From the sequence record OZ035759.1: a DNA stretch of 64,000 nucleotides, one strand, 5' to 3'. The position numbers were made by a program, and so were the translations under genes. Origin of the DNA: Mosigvirus mar005p1. Numbering within the stretch: the first letter of the stretch is position 1; every line of letters starts with the position of its first letter. The notes under the pieces were generated by a model, which ran no database searches, had not been told where the DNA came from, and saw only the letters and a program-made list of their open reading frames with translations. Below, one piece after another: positions 39,801 to 49,872 of the stretch.

Positions 39801-40692
39801 ATCTAATCACTTTTATTCTCAACGTAATAAAGCTGGGAATATAACGTTTAGCATTAATGGTACTGTGATGCCAATAAATGTTAACGCTTCAGGCACGTTA
39901 AATGCGAATGGTGTAGCAACATTTGGTCGTTCAGTTACAGCCAATGGTGAATTCATTAGCAAGTCTGCAAATGCTTTCAGAGCAATTAGTGGTGATTACG
40001 GATTCTTTATTCGCAATGATGGCAGTAGCACCTATTTTTTGCTCACCGCAGCCGGTGACCAAACTGGTGGTTTTAATGGATTACGCCCATTATTAATTAA
40101 TAATCAATCCGGTCAGATTACAATTGGTGAAGGCTTAATCATTGCCAAAGGTGTTACTATAAATTCAGGTGGTTTATCTGTTTACTCGAGAATTCGTTCT
40201 CAGGGTAATAAAACATCTGATTTATATACCCGTGCGCCAACATCTGATACTGTAGGATTCTGGTCAATTGATATTAACGATTCAGCCACTTATAACCAGT
40301 TCCCGGGTTATTTTAAAATGGATGAAAAAACTAATGAAGTGACTGGACTTCCATACTTAGAGCGCGGTGAAGAAGTTAAATCTCCTGGTACATTGACTCA
40401 GTTTGGTAATACGCTTGATTCTCTTTACCAAGATTGGATTACTTATCCAACGACACCAGAAGCACGTACCACTCGCTGGACACGTACATGGCAGAAAACT
40501 AAAAATTCTTGGTCAAGTTTTGTTCAGGTATTTGATGGTGGAAACCCTCCTCAACCTTCTGATATTGGTGCTTTACCTTCTGATAATGCAACAATCGGAA
40601 ACTTGACAATAAGGGATTTCTTAAGGATTGGTAATGTCCGCATTATTCCAGACCCTGTGAATAAATCTGTTAAATTCGAGTGGATTGAATAA
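36817..40692 (+). CDS. 34: long tail fibre proximal subunit gp34
   Basis: 1291 aa; N-terminus near-identical to recalled T4 gp34; internal roughly 40-aa repeats. Confidence 0.95.
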   Translation: MADIKRKFRAEDGLDAGGDKIVNVALADRTVGTDGVNVDFLVQENTVQVYDSTRGYNKGFVVLYDNRLYQAINDIVSPSGAFNLLQWRAVRTDAQWITVASGTYQLSSGESISVNTGAGNDMVFTLPNAPVDGDTIVLADIGGRTGAVKVQINASVQSILNFRGEQVRTVLMTRPRSQLVFVFSNRLWQMYIIDYGKESITVTPATPYQAQANDFIVLRFTSAAPINITLPRNANNGDIISLVDLDKLNPLYHTIIKTFDDTTSIGEVGTHIVEGRTSSDAFFVFDAANSLWRIWEGDQKSRLRIIRTDSNIRPNEEVLIFGTNNATAETINLTLPTGILTGDTVKISMNYMRKGQTVKIKAAEGDTIASSVALLQFPKRSEYPPDAQWVSVTELEFNGTTSYVPVLELAYVEDTDSDTRYWVVQQNVPTVERVDAGTDATRARLGVIALATQAQANADLENTPAKEVAITPETLANRTATEARRGIAKIATTAQVNQNSTAAFVDDTIITPKKLNERTATETRRGLAEIATQAETDAGLDDTTIITPKKLQARQGSETLSGIVKYVSTTSATPAATRGAAGTNVYNKTVNNLTISPKALDQYKATYAQQGAVILAVDSEVIAGQSQAGYSHAVVTPETLHKKTSTDGRIGLIEIATQAETNAGTDYTRAVTPKTLNDRRATEGLSGIAELATQVEFDTGTDDTRISTPLKIKTHFDSSDRTSVNSDSGLIEEGTLWNHYTLDISKANETQRGTLRVATQAESNAGTLDDVLITPKKLLGTKSTETSEGVIKVATRDETVTGTSANTAVSPKNLKWIVQSEPTWAATTAIRGFVKTSSGSITFVGNDTAGSTQPLESYEKNSYAVSPYELNRVLANYLPLKAKAVDSNLLDGLDSSQFIRRDIAQTVNGSLTLTQQTNLSAPLVSSSTATFGGSVSANSTLTISNTGTATRLIFEKGPQTGTNPAQTMSIRVWGNEFGDGSDTTRSTVFEVGDETSNHFYSQRNKAGNITFSINGTVMPINVNASGTLNANGVATFGRSVTANGEFISKSANAFRAISGDYGFFIRNDGSSTYFLLTAAGDQTGGFNGLRPLLINNQSGQITIGEGLIIAKGVTINSGGLSVYSRIRSQGNKTSDLYTRAPTSDTVGFWSIDINDSATYNQFPGYFKMDEKTNEVTGLPYLERGEEVKSPGTLTQFGNTLDSLYQDWITYPTTPEARTTRWTRTWQKTKNSWSSFVQVFDGGNPPQPSDIGALPSDNATIGNLTIRDFLRIGNVRIIPDPVNKSVKFEWIE

Positions 40693-40700
40693 GAGGTATT

Positions 40701-41828
40701 ATGGAAAAATTTATGGCTAAGTTTGGACAAGGATACGTCCAAACGCCATTTTTATCGGAAAGCAATTCAGTACGATTTAAATTAAGCATAGCGGGCTCTT
40801 GTCCGCTATCAACATCTCCTACTTATATTAAGTTCCAAGATAATCCACTTGGGTCCCAGGTTTTTTCTGTTGGATTAAACGTTCGTGTAATAAATCCTAC
40901 AACAGGTGCAGTAGTTGAATCTAAGTCATATAATTTCTCTACTGAAAACGACGCCACGTCAAGTGCATTTGTTACTTTCATGGACACATATGCTTCAAAT
41001 TTTATATTTGCTCTTGTTACTAACGCTAAAACAAACTTTCCACCCGAAGTTCTTACATGGTTTAATAAAGCCGGGAGTTCTGCTATTCCATTAGCTCAAC
41101 AAGTTTTAAATATAGTGGACATTTCTTATTCTGCGTTTTATATTTCTGGTAAGAATGCTATAGCACTAGAACATATTAAGTATAGTAATAAGAAAACTTC
41201 AACCGACTATAGTACACCACTTGATGTTGTGTACGACACGATCGATGATATTGGTGCTACCGGCTTCCCTAGACGTACGTACGAATCGACAGACACATTT
41301 TTATCTGCTGTTGGAGGTGCTAATAATGAAATTAAAAGGATGCCTACAACATCCATTATTACACCTCTCGCTGGGTATAAATTGAAGCCTGGAGATTTCC
41401 TTTATATGAAATTCCAACTAATGGCCGATGCTGATTTGTTAGCACAAGGGACGACACGACTTTCTATTCGTTTCTTTAAATCTCCTTCTACTTCACCTAT
41501 TTCATTTAAGGATATAAACTTTGATGGGGCTGCAGGCGAATGGAAGATATATGAAGACTACATAGAAATTCCTGCTGGTGCTGACGGGTTCACGATTTAT
41601 TGTTATCGTACAGCTCCAGTCGGGCAAGGTGGATTAAGAAACGTTATATTCACTGAAGTATCATGTAATGGAAGCGTTTCAAAACCTGCCGAGTTTGGTA
41701 TAAATGGTATTCGTGTAAATTATGTTTCAGAATCTTTAAGTGCCCCAGACATAATGACATTACCTACTCAATCTTCAACCGATACTGGTAAGGTATTTGG
41801 TCAAGAATTTAAAGAAGCATCAGAATAA
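40701..41828 (+). CDS. 35: long tail fibre hinge connector gp35
   Basis: 375 aa; T4 synteny. Confidence 0.9.
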   Translation: MEKFMAKFGQGYVQTPFLSESNSVRFKLSIAGSCPLSTSPTYIKFQDNPLGSQVFSVGLNVRVINPTTGAVVESKSYNFSTENDATSSAFVTFMDTYASNFIFALVTNAKTNFPPEVLTWFNKAGSSAIPLAQQVLNIVDISYSAFYISGKNAIALEHIKYSNKKTSTDYSTPLDVVYDTIDDIGATGFPRRTYESTDTFLSAVGGANNEIKRMPTTSIITPLAGYKLKPGDFLYMKFQLMADADLLAQGTTRLSIRFFKSPSTSPISFKDINFDGAAGEWKIYEDYIEIPAGADGFTIYCYRTAPVGQGGLRNVIFTEVSCNGSVSKPAEFGINGIRVNYVSESLSAPDIMTLPTQSSTDTGKVFGQEFKEASE

Positions 41829-41833
41829 ATTTA

Positions 41834-41856
41834 GGGAGACTTCGGTCTCCCATTTT
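41834..41856 (+). terminator. rho-independent terminator after gene 35 (GGGAGAC UUCG GUCUCCC then CAUUUUU)
   Basis: perfect 7-bp stem, UUCG loop, T-tract. Confidence 0.7.
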
Positions 41857-41858
41857 TG

Positions 41859-41866
41859 TATAAATA
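41859..41866 (+). promoter_or_regulatory. T4 late promoter TATAAATA upstream of gene 36
   Basis: exact box 25 nt upstream of ATG 41891, followed by AAGGAG RBS. Confidence 0.7.
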
Positions 41867-41890
41867 TGGTATACATATAAGGAGACAACT

Positions 41891-42556
41891 ATGGCCGATT
41901 TAAAAGCTGGTAGTACAACTGGCGGTGCTGTCATATGGCATCAAGGTAATTTCCCTTTAATGCCAGCAGGTGATGACGTCCTGTATAAAACGTTTAAACT
42001 CTATTCAGAATATAATAAACCACAAGCTGCTGATAACGATTTCGTTTCTAAAGCTAATGGTGGTACGTATGCCGCTCGAGTAACATTTAATAATGGTGTG
42101 CAAGTACCTTATGCCGTAAATAACACGAATCAAAGTGGTATTTATCCTGGCAATGGCGATGCTGCTACTTTTGATACAGCAAATATTGATATTGTTTCAT
42201 GGTATGGCATTGGTTTTAAATCATCACAAGGATCTGCAGGTAGAACTGTTGTTGTTAACACTCGTACTGGTGATATCAGCACTAAAGGTGGTATTTATGC
42301 AACTGGTCCTGTCCGTTCTAACGCTACTGCTCCGGTTGCAGCAAATGATCTCACAAGAAAAGATTATGTTGATGGACGAATAAATATTGTTACGGATAAC
42401 GCAAATTCCCGTGTATTGCGTAAAGGCGATACCATGACTGGTACTTTAACAGCACCAAACTTTTTCTCACAGAATCCGGCGTCTGAGGCTAATCATGTTC
42501 CTCGTTTCGACCAGATTGTAATTAAAGATTCTGTTCAAGATTTCGGCTATTATTAA
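41891..42556 (+). CDS. 36: long tail fibre distal connector gp36
   Basis: 221 aa; T4 synteny and size. Confidence 0.9.
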   Translation: MADLKAGSTTGGAVIWHQGNFPLMPAGDDVLYKTFKLYSEYNKPQAADNDFVSKANGGTYAARVTFNNGVQVPYAVNNTNQSGIYPGNGDAATFDTANIDIVSWYGIGFKSSQGSAGRTVVVNTRTGDISTKGGIYATGPVRSNATAPVAANDLTRKDYVDGRINIVTDNANSRVLRKGDTMTGTLTAPNFFSQNPASEANHVPRFDQIVIKDSVQDFGYY

Positions 42557-42564
42557 GAGGACTT

Positions 42565-45500
42565 ATGGCTACATTAAAACAGATACAATTTAAAAGAAGC
42601 AAAGTAGCAGGAGTTAATCCTACTGCAGCACAATTAGCCGAAGGCGAATTAGCGATAAACTTAAAAGATCGAACTCTTTTTACTAAAGATGACCTCGGTA
42701 ATATTATTAGCCTAGGCTTTGCTAAGGGTGGGGATATTAACGGTAATGTAACTCAAACTGGTGATTATTTACAAAACGGCACATATAATCTCAATGGAAA
42801 TCAGTTTGTTTATGCAGGAAAATACATTGAATTTTTACCTAAAACCACTGGAAATGGCGCTTGGGCTAACCAACATTCGAATAAAGCCCCTATCTTTACA
42901 GATTTAAGTTCAACTACTTCTGTTTCAGAATACCACCCTTTGATTAAGCAACGTTATAAAGACGGTACTTTTTCAGTAGGTACACTAGTAAGCGAAGGCT
43001 CATTTAGAGTTCATTATATTGATTCTACAGCTCCAGACAATTCTAAACACTGGGTCTTTAACCGTAATGGTAATTTTATTGTAGATTCTGGTAGTATTGA
43101 GGTCCGCGCAGGTAATATTTCTGCATCAGGCAATATTAACTCTGCCAATGGTATAGTTTCTGCTCCACAAGTTAATACGAAAACCATTGTTTTGGACACA
43201 AAAGCATTCGGACAATATGATTCACAATCATTAGTTCAATATGTTTATCCTGGAACAGGCGAAGAAAATGGTGTAAACTATCTTCGTAAAGTTCGCGCTA
43301 AATCAGGCGGAACTATTTACCATGAAATCGCTTCAGCTCAAACCGGTAAAAATGATGAAATTTCTTGGTGGACCGGAAATACACTTACTACTAAATTAAT
43401 GGGTCTTCGTAATGATGGCGCAATGGTATTACGTCGTTCACTTGCTATTGGCACAATTACCACTGACGAAAATACTAACAACTATGGTTCTCCTACTCCA
43501 ATGGGAGAAAGATATATTGCTTTGGGTGATGCTGCCACTGGTTTAAAATACATTAAGCAGGGTGTTTATGATTTAGTAGGTAATTGGAATTCTGTTGCTT
43601 CTATTACTCCTGACAGTTTCCGCAGTACTCGTAAAGGATTATTTGGACGTTCCGAGGACCAAGGCGGAACGTGGATTATGCCTGGAACCAACGCTGCTCT
43701 CTTGTCTGTTCAAACCCAGGCAGATGTGAATAACGCAGGTGATGGACAAACTCATATCGGTTATAACTCCGGTGGGAAAATGTCCCACTATTTCCGCGGT
43801 AAAGGCCAAACCAACATTAATACTCAAGAAGGCATGGAAATTAACCCGGGTATTTTAAAATTGGTAACTGGCTCTAATAACGTACAGTTTTATGCTAACG
43901 GAACAGTATCTTCAATACAAAGAATTAAATTTGATAACGGATTAGTTCTTACTGGTGCTAGACCTGACGGTATTCAACTTGACGCTCCTACAGCAGTAAA
44001 TGGCACTAAAACTATACTGTGGGCTGGTGGTACTCGCGAAGGCCAGAATAAAAGTTATGTATCTATTAAAGCGTGGGGTAACTCATTTAACGCATCTGGC
44101 GATCGTACTCGTGAAACGGTTTTTGAAGTAGCTGATGGACATGGTTATTATTTCTACGCTCAACGTACTAATCCTGCGTCAGGTCAAACAGCAGGTCCGG
44201 TTAACTTTAAATTTAACGGAACTATCGAAACAGGCCATATCATAGGCCTTGGTAATATAAGTGCCTCCGGTACAGGTTCTTTTGGTGGCAATGTTACCAT
44301 GACTAATGGCCTGTTTGTCCAAGGTGGTTCTTCTATTACAGGCCAAGTTAAAATTGGTGGAACAGCTGATGCATTAAGAATTTGGAATGCTGAATACGGT
44401 GCTATTTTCCGTCGTTCTGAAGATAAGCTTTATATTATTCCAACCCCGCAGAATGCTGGCGAATCAGGTGGTATTTCTAATTTACGTCCGTTCTATATTG
44501 CATTAAGTAACGGTAAAGTTTCCATGGACCATGATGTAGATATCGGAGGCGGTAGATTTAAAGTAGAAGCGGCTGGAACTACTTCTAATCAACGTATAAC
44601 AATAAATATGGCATCAGATGCTATTAGAATAAATGCTCCAACACAAGAGTCTTCTAACTTTATCCAAGGACGTAAAGCAGATGTTACAAAATGGTATTTA
44701 GGTATTGGCGATGGCGGCAACGTCGTTCGTATGCATAGTTACACCTATTCACATGGTATTGCACTGAATTCTGATACTGTCGATATTACTAAACCATTAA
44801 AAGTTGGTAATGCTCAATTCGGTACTGATGGTAATATCACTGGTGGTTCTGGTAATTTTGCTAACTTGAATACCACAATAAATAACCTTAAGACAGATAT
44901 TGTCTCAAGTTATCCAATTGGTGCTCCGATTCCTTGGCCTACTGATACACCTCCTGAAGGTTATGCCATAATGGAAGGCCAGACGTTTGATACTGACTTG
45001 TATCCTAAGTTAGCTGCGGTGTATCCTTCCGGCGCTCTGCCTGATATGCGGGGTCAAACTATCAAGGGTAAACCATCTGGGCGTGATGTATTAAGTACAG
45101 AAGCAGACGGTGTTAAGTCACATAGCCATAGTGCAAGTGCGTCAAGCACGGATTTAGGTACTAAGACCACTTCTAGTTTTGATTACGGTAGCAAAACGAC
45201 TTCAAGCTTTGATTATGGTACTAAAACCAGTAATACTACTGGTAACCATAACCATACAGTGAGTGGTAATACTAGTGCCGCTGGTAACCACCAGCACTCA
45301 CAGACAGGCCCAAGAGGACCTAGTAACCAACCGACCGGGATATTTCCTAATGGGGCTACTCTAATTAGTGGGTCTCAGGTTGTTGGTTTTGGCCTAAGCA
45401 ACGGTGTCGTGCCTGGTACAAGCCAATATATTGCAAAGTCGTCAACAGAAGGTAATCATACTCATACTTGGTCTGGTACTACTAGCTCTACGGGTAACCA

Positions 45501-45669
45501 TGCTCACACGGTAGGTATCGGTGCTCACACTCACACGGTAGGTATCGGTGCTCACTCGCATTCAGTAGCAATTGGTTCACACGGCCATACCATCACTGTA
45601 AATAGTACAGGTAATACAGAAAACACGGTTAAAAACATTGCTTTTAACTATATCGTTCGTTTAGCATAA
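42565..45669 (+). CDS. 37: long tail fibre distal subunit / receptor-binding protein gp37
   Basis: 1034 aa; C-terminal His-rich GxHxH boxes; T4 synteny. Confidence 0.95.
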   Translation: MATLKQIQFKRSKVAGVNPTAAQLAEGELAINLKDRTLFTKDDLGNIISLGFAKGGDINGNVTQTGDYLQNGTYNLNGNQFVYAGKYIEFLPKTTGNGAWANQHSNKAPIFTDLSSTTSVSEYHPLIKQRYKDGTFSVGTLVSEGSFRVHYIDSTAPDNSKHWVFNRNGNFIVDSGSIEVRAGNISASGNINSANGIVSAPQVNTKTIVLDTKAFGQYDSQSLVQYVYPGTGEENGVNYLRKVRAKSGGTIYHEIASAQTGKNDEISWWTGNTLTTKLMGLRNDGAMVLRRSLAIGTITTDENTNNYGSPTPMGERYIALGDAATGLKYIKQGVYDLVGNWNSVASITPDSFRSTRKGLFGRSEDQGGTWIMPGTNAALLSVQTQADVNNAGDGQTHIGYNSGGKMSHYFRGKGQTNINTQEGMEINPGILKLVTGSNNVQFYANGTVSSIQRIKFDNGLVLTGARPDGIQLDAPTAVNGTKTILWAGGTREGQNKSYVSIKAWGNSFNASGDRTRETVFEVADGHGYYFYAQRTNPASGQTAGPVNFKFNGTIETGHIIGLGNISASGTGSFGGNVTMTNGLFVQGGSSITGQVKIGGTADALRIWNAEYGAIFRRSEDKLYIIPTPQNAGESGGISNLRPFYIALSNGKVSMDHDVDIGGGRFKVEAAGTTSNQRITINMASDAIRINAPTQESSNFIQGRKADVTKWYLGIGDGGNVVRMHSYTYSHGIALNSDTVDITKPLKVGNAQFGTDGNITGGSGNFANLNTTINNLKTDIVSSYPIGAPIPWPTDTPPEGYAIMEGQTFDTDLYPKLAAVYPSGALPDMRGQTIKGKPSGRDVLSTEADGVKSHSHSASASSTDLGTKTTSSFDYGSKTTSSFDYGTKTSNTTGNHNHTVSGNTSAAGNHQHSQTGPRGPSNQPTGIFPNGATLISGSQVVGFGLSNGVVPGTSQYIAKSSTEGNHTHTWSGTTSSTGNHAHTVGIGAHTHTVGIGAHSHSVAIGSHGHTITVNSTGNTENTVKNIAFNYIVRLA
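45151..45238 (+). repeat. tandem direct repeat inside gene 37 encoding [11 protein letters not shown] / [10 protein letters not shown] / TKTS (about 27-30 bp unit, 2.5 copies)
   Basis: seen at DNA and protein level. Confidence 0.6.
45505..45560 (+). repeat. tandem direct repeat inside gene 37 encoding the His boxes (cacggtaggtatcggtgctcac twice; [16 protein letters not shown])
   Basis: near-perfect duplication of a 27-bp unit. Confidence 0.65.
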
Positions 45670-45674
45670 GGAGA

Positions 45675-45693
45675 AGGGACTTCGGTCCCTTTT
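45675..45693 (+). terminator. rho-independent terminator after gene 37 (GGGAC UUCG GUCCC then UUUUU)
   Basis: perfect 5-bp stem, UUCG loop, T5. Confidence 0.65.
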
Positions 45694-45699
45694 TATAAT

Positions 45700-46251
45700 A
45701 TGAAACTCTATCATTATTATTTTGACACTAAAGAATTTTACAAAGAAGAAAATTATAAACCATTAAAAGGCGTAGGATTTCCAGCTCATTCGACACCAAA
45801 AAAACCTTTAGACCCTAAAGAAGGCTATGCTGTTGTATTTGATGAACGCAAACAAGAATGGGTATATGTTGAAGACCATCGTGGAAAAACAGTATGGACT
45901 TATGATAAACAAAAAATTGTTATTGACACTCCAGGTGCTCTTCAAAATGTTACTACAGAAGAACCTGGTGAATTTGACGTTTGGACCGACGACGGGTGGA
46001 AGGAAGACGAAGCATATAAACGCGTAGTTCAACGTGATAAGAAAATTCATGAACTCTATAAATTATTCAGTGTTTTAAGTTCTCTTATTGACGCAGAGGT
46101 TGCTAATAGAGAAGAAAAACGAAAATTTAAAGAGCTCAAAAAATTCTTTGCCCTTTTAGAAAAACATGAACATCTCGGCGGTGAATTCCCTAAATTCCCT
46201 GACCTTGAAAAAAAATCTATTGTCAAAGCGATTATAAATATCTTTAAGTAA
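45700..46251 (+). CDS. 38: gp38 tail fibre assembly chaperone (T4-type)
   Basis: 183 aa; N-terminus near-identical to recalled T4 gp38. Confidence 0.9.
   Translation: MKLYHYYFDTKEFYKEENYKPLKGVGFPAHSTPKKPLDPKEGYAVVFDERKQEWVYVEDHRGKTVWTYDKQKIVIDTPGALQNVTTEEPGEFDVWTDDGWKEDEAYKRVVQRDKKIHELYKLFSVLSSLIDAEVANREEKRKFKELKKFFALLEKHEHLGGEFPKFPDLEKKSIVKAIINIFK
46233..46240 (+). promoter_or_regulatory. late promoter TATAAATA inside the 3' end of gene 38, upstream of holin gene t
   Basis: exact box 21 nt upstream of ATG 46261; GGAGG RBS follows. Confidence 0.6.
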
Positions 46252-46260
46252 GGAGGTATT

Positions 46261-46920
46261 ATGGCAACACCAAAAGTGTCATTTTCGCCTAGTGATATTC
46301 TATTTGGGTTGCTAGATCGTATTTTCAAAGATAACGCTACTGGAAAGGTTTTAATGTCCCGAGTAGCGGTAATTATTCTTTTGTTCCTAATGGCACTAAT
46401 ATGGTACAAAGGAAGTATTTTGCTGGATTATTATGTAAGAGCTAAGTATGATACTTATACCGAAATAATCCAAAAAGAACGAGCTTTACGTTTTGAATCT
46501 GCGGCTCTAGAACAACTGCAAATAGTTCATATCTCATCTGGTGCAGATTTTAGTGCTGTGTATTCTTTCAGACCTAAAAACTTAAATTATTTTGTCGACC
46601 TTATAGCTTATGAAGGCAAACTACCTAGCACAATTTCTGAAAAGTCCCTCGGCGGATTCCCAGTGGATAAAACGGCCAATGAATATATAATTCATTTAAG
46701 TGGCCGTCATTTCTCATCTAAAACAGAATTTGCATTTTTGCCTACAAAATCTAAGACTGCCGAACTTTCTTATATGTATAGTTGTCCATACTTTAATTTG
46801 GATAACATCTATGCTGGAACTGTGACGATGTATTGGTATAAGGGGAATAATATACTTGAGGAAGATCGCTTAGCGGCTATATGCAACCAAGCGGTCCGAA
46901 TACTAGGAAGGGCTAAATAA
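46261..46920 (+). CDS. t: holin T
   Basis: 219 aa; single N-terminal TM helix; near-identical to recalled T4 holin. Confidence 0.95.
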   Translation: MATPKVSFSPSDILFGLLDRIFKDNATGKVLMSRVAVIILLFLMALIWYKGSILLDYYVRAKYDTYTEIIQKERALRFESAALEQLQIVHISSGADFSAVYSFRPKNLNYFVDLIAYEGKLPSTISEKSLGGFPVDKTANEYIIHLSGRHFSSKTEFAFLPTKSKTAELSYMYSCPYFNLDNIYAGTVTMYWYKGNNILEEDRLAAICNQAVRILGRAK

Positions 46921-47193
46921 TTAGTTGTTAGAATACATCGCTAAATGACGATAAATATTTTCAAAACCTTCATTGAATTCACTAATCAGTGTTTTCTTTT
47001 CTTCGGCAGTTAAATTTGTAATTAGTTTTCTGAACGAATTCTGATTTAGCTGCCGACCATCTTTTTTAATTCCAATCTCATTCAAGAATCCGATGAAACT
47101 TGCTCGGTCTTCAACAATATCTTCCCTAGAGAATTTAATCAAAATAGAAGCAATAGTAATAATTTCACGTACGATTTCAATGTCTTTATTCAT
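46921..47193 (-). CDS. asiA: AsiA anti-sigma70 factor
   Basis: 90 aa; near-identical to recalled T4 AsiA; convergent with t. Confidence 0.9.
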   Translation of the reverse strand: MNKDIEIVREIITIASILIKFSREDIVEDRASFIGFLNEIGIKKDGRQLNQNSFRKLITNLTAEEKKTLISEFNEGFENIYRHLAMYSNN

Positions 47194-47239
47194 AACGTTT
47201 TATTCATTCCACTTAGTTGATATGGATATAGTACCATTA

Positions 47240-47401
47240 TCAGTGTTGATTGTAAACGGCTTTTTCTACGCTTTTAACGTAATCAATGTAGTCTTCCTGT
47301 TCATACGAGTGTAAGGCTAAGAACAGAGCTAATAATTCATTATAGACTAAGGCCTCACGCTCACGTTCGGCCTCTACTACGTTCTGAAGATTATGACTCA
47401 T
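47240..47401 (-). CDS. hypothetical small acidic protein (start at internal Met MSHNLQ)
   Basis: 53 aa; overlaps upstream ORF stop. Confidence 0.35.
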   Translation of the reverse strand: MSHNLQNVVEAEREREALVYNELLALFLALHSYEQEDYIDYVKSVEKAVYNQH

Positions 47402-47690
47402 ATCGTTCCTTATAACTATCAATGTAATCCTGTATGTCAAAGAATGACATTTCATATTCTAGGACATTAAGAGCCCGTTCTTCAGTATAGTCAGAACCAA
47501 AGACGATAGTGATTTCACCAGGCTTCATGTGATTGAAATCGACACTAAAAGGAATACGAGAACATACTTCGTCTGCCATATCTACGATAACACTACGACA
47601 CACTTCTCGGTTAACCTGATAAAGCTCTGCAAGTTCTTCACATCGAATAACAAGTTCAGTGGCAGGATTTTCTTTGATTTTAGTAAGCAT
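47391..47690 (-). CDS. arn: small acidic protein, possibly Arn anti-restriction (anti-McrBC) protein; start at internal Met MLTKIKEN
   Basis: 99 aa, acidic; position between asiA and motA; assignment by synteny only. Confidence 0.4.
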   Translation of the reverse strand: MLTKIKENPATELVIRCEELAELYQVNREVCRSVIVDMADEVCSRIPFSVDFNHMKPGEITIVFGSDYTEERALNVLEYEMSFFDIQDYIDSYKERYES

Positions 47691-47773
47691 AGTCTTTACC
47701 CTTATGTTTTTGTTTACGTTTAGATTGAAGTTCTGATTTCTTCTTGTCCTTATGGATAGAAGCCTTATTGAAA

Positions 47774-47992
47774 TCATGTTTTGCTACAAGATTGTTCATA
47801 ATGATTTATAACCTCGTTTAAACATTTGTCTGTGAAAGAAAACTTTTTAGCCACAGAACATTCTATAATGTGCTCTTTCAAATCTTTAGAGTCAGTATAA
47901 CCCATCTCAGTAATAAAGTGGCGAATTAAAGCTTTATTCTTATCATTAACAGAATTAAAATAATCTGCTTTAGAATCAATTATTCTCATCAT
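47774..47992 (-). CDS. hypothetical protein (arn.x region)
   Basis: 72 aa. Confidence 0.45.
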   Translation of the reverse strand: MMRIIDSKADYFNSVNDKNKALIRHFITEMGYTDSKDLKEHIIECSVAKKFSFTDKCLNEVINHYEQSCSKT

Positions 47993-48257
47993 CTAATTTC
48001 CTTAATTGATATTGCAACGAGTCAATAATTTCTTCGTTCATTTTAATATACATGTCGCGCAAGAAAGGTTTTAACCCATCACGAATAATTGCTAACGTAT
48101 CACCTTTACATAAATTAACCAAATAAGGATGGTCTAAAGCATCCCAACCAGGCTGATTAGCATACATACCATAATTTTCTTCCATCATAGCATTCAGGCG
48201 TTTGATATGATTAATGTGAGCTTCAATAGCATCAATCTGGAGTTGTTTAAGATTCAT
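47976..48257 (-). CDS. hypothetical protein (arn.x region)
   Basis: 93 aa. Confidence 0.45.
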   Translation of the reverse strand: MNLKQLQIDAIEAHINHIKRLNAMMEENYGMYANQPGWDALDHPYLVNLCKGDTLAIIRDGLKPFLRDMYIKMNEEIIDSLQYQLRKLDDENN

Positions 48258-48718
48258 TAGTAAAGGTCCTCAGAGTAAAGTTCTTTTTCATTACCACCAC
48301 GTTCAATACGTACTTGTCCAGCATAAGTTGCAATAATCATTGCTTCTTCACGTGTCCAATAATTACTATATTGGTCAATAAACCCTTGGTCATCATCACA
48401 AACTTGTTGAGTAACTAATTGAGGTTTAACTACATCTAAAACTTCTGCCATATCTTTAGAATAATGACGAGCACCTGGAATAATAAGAGTTCGTCCATCT
48501 TTTAATTTAAACCGGTTGGCTGCGCAGACAATTCGTCGTTGATACTTTTGGTTTTCATCCCAATACAGAGTCTGCCAACAGATTTCAGGAACTTCATCTA
48601 AAACATTTTGTTCTGTATATTCACCGCCGTAAGAAGCTAATTTAGCAGCCAGACTTTCCGGAGTCTCACGCGTCAAAGCTTTATCTAACAGAGCTAAACG
48701 TTCTTTAAAAGTTTTCAT
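48257..48718 (-). CDS. hypothetical protein (arn.x region)
   Basis: 153 aa; start/stop overlaps with neighbours. Confidence 0.5.
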   Translation of the reverse strand: MKTFKERLALLDKALTRETPESLAAKLASYGGEYTEQNVLDEVPEICWQTLYWDENQKYQRRIVCAANRFKLKDGRTLIIPGARHYSKDMAEVLDVVKPQLVTQQVCDDDQGFIDQYSNYWTREEAMIIATYAGQVRIERGGNEKELYSEDLY

Positions 48719-49044
48719 TTAAACCATCCTTTAATACGTTGCCAAATAGATTTTTGTGCTTGTTTATTTACACCAATCGAACGAATAACCGGTTGTGACT
48801 GCTGATATTCTTTATAATCTTCTTTATAGATTTCGTAAGCTGCATCAACAAATGAACTGATCGCTGCCATGTAGTTTTTACGAAGGCCAAATGGCGCGTC
48901 ATTATTTTCACGAATAACCGTATATTGGCCTGCTTTAATCTTTACAATTGTCCCTAAATAAGCCCCGTGGTACCAAATATCCCATCCTTCCTGAGTAGGT
49001 TCTGCACATTTACGAAGTTCGTTAATAATATTCAGCTTATTCAT
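48715..49044 (-). CDS. hypothetical protein (motA.1 position)
   Basis: 109 aa. Confidence 0.5.
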   Translation of the reverse strand: MNKLNIINELRKCAEPTQEGWDIWYHGAYLGTIVKIKAGQYTVIRENNDAPFGLRKNYMAAISSFVDAAYEIYKEDYKEYQQSQPVIRSIGVNKQAQKSIWQRIKGWFK

Positions 49045-49054
49045 TATGTATTCC

Positions 49055-49687
49055 TCACAGTACGTTAGTTACAAGGGTAATGATTTCTTTGGACACATTA
49101 GGGAAGTCAATGTAAGTATATTTACCACCGATCTTAATCTTAACATCATTTTCAAGAGAAGTAAACAGCTTTGATTCAGTTTCTGACATGTTGTATGCAA
49201 AGATTCTAAGAGAACCATCTCGACGAATTTCGATCTGACGAATACCTAGAACTCGTTTTGCAAATCGAACTTCCAAATTACTACGGTTTTCACCAATTTC
49301 TTTAACTTCAACTTTATCTTTAATATTTTCAAAAACAAAGTTTGCTAGTTCATGCATTTCAGGAGTAACTCCACGGGCTTTTCTGGTGTTACGTTTCTGA
49401 AGAAGTTCTGGAGTATTTTCTTGGGCAAAGAGGTCTGCAGCTTTTTGGATAATATCCATTGCTTCGCCTGTTGCTACAAGTCCATCACCGGATTTTTCGA
49501 CTAAACCTTTCTTAATCAATACACCAATGTTAGAGTTAACAACTGATGCATTGTATTCTGCTTCCAGAGCTTCACGGACATTGGCAGCAGTGGTGAAGTT
49601 GTTCTTAATGATATAAACCATTATTGTGGCAGTTTTTTCATTCAGAGCGTTTTCAGAAGCTTTGATGATGTAAGTAACTTTAGACAT
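49055..49687 (-). CDS. motA: MotA middle-transcription activator
   Basis: 210 aa; near-identical to recalled T4 MotA. Confidence 0.9.
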   Translation of the reverse strand: MSKVTYIIKASENALNEKTATIMVYIIKNNFTTAANVREALEAEYNASVVNSNIGVLIKKGLVEKSGDGLVATGEAMDIIQKAADLFAQENTPELLQKRNTRKARGVTPEMHELANFVFENIKDKVEVKEIGENRSNLEVRFAKRVLGIRQIEIRRDGSLRIFAYNMSETESKLFTSLENDVKIKIGGKYTYIDFPNVSKEIITLVTNVL

Positions 49688-49726
49688 TTTATTTCTCCAA
49701 TTTGGTTGTTTTGTTTTGATAGGTCT

Positions 49727-49755
49727 ATAATATCATGTTTGAAGCATGTGTAAAC
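49727..49755 (-). promoter_or_regulatory. T4 early promoter (GTTTACA N16 TATTAT, minus strand) upstream of motA
   Basis: plus ataata 49727..49732, tgtaaac 49749..49755. Confidence 0.55.
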
Positions 49756-49780
49756 TGTTTTGTGAGAAAAATGCACAAAA

Positions 49781-49796
49781 GGGAGCCGAAGCTCCC
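49781..49796 (-). terminator. rho-independent terminator after gene 52 (GGGAGC UUCG GCUCCC then UUUU)
   Basis: perfect 6-bp stem, UUCG loop, U-tract. Confidence 0.6.
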
Positions 49797-49872
49797 TAAT
49801 CATGTTTGTCCAACCAATACAGCCAAATCACTAGTGCAGCTATTGCACCGAGAAATCCTAAGGCTAGGGCAC

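Noticed and set aside
42135-42383. 82-aa Leu-rich ORF inside gene 36
   Set aside because: Alternative-frame ORF within gp36; no RBS.
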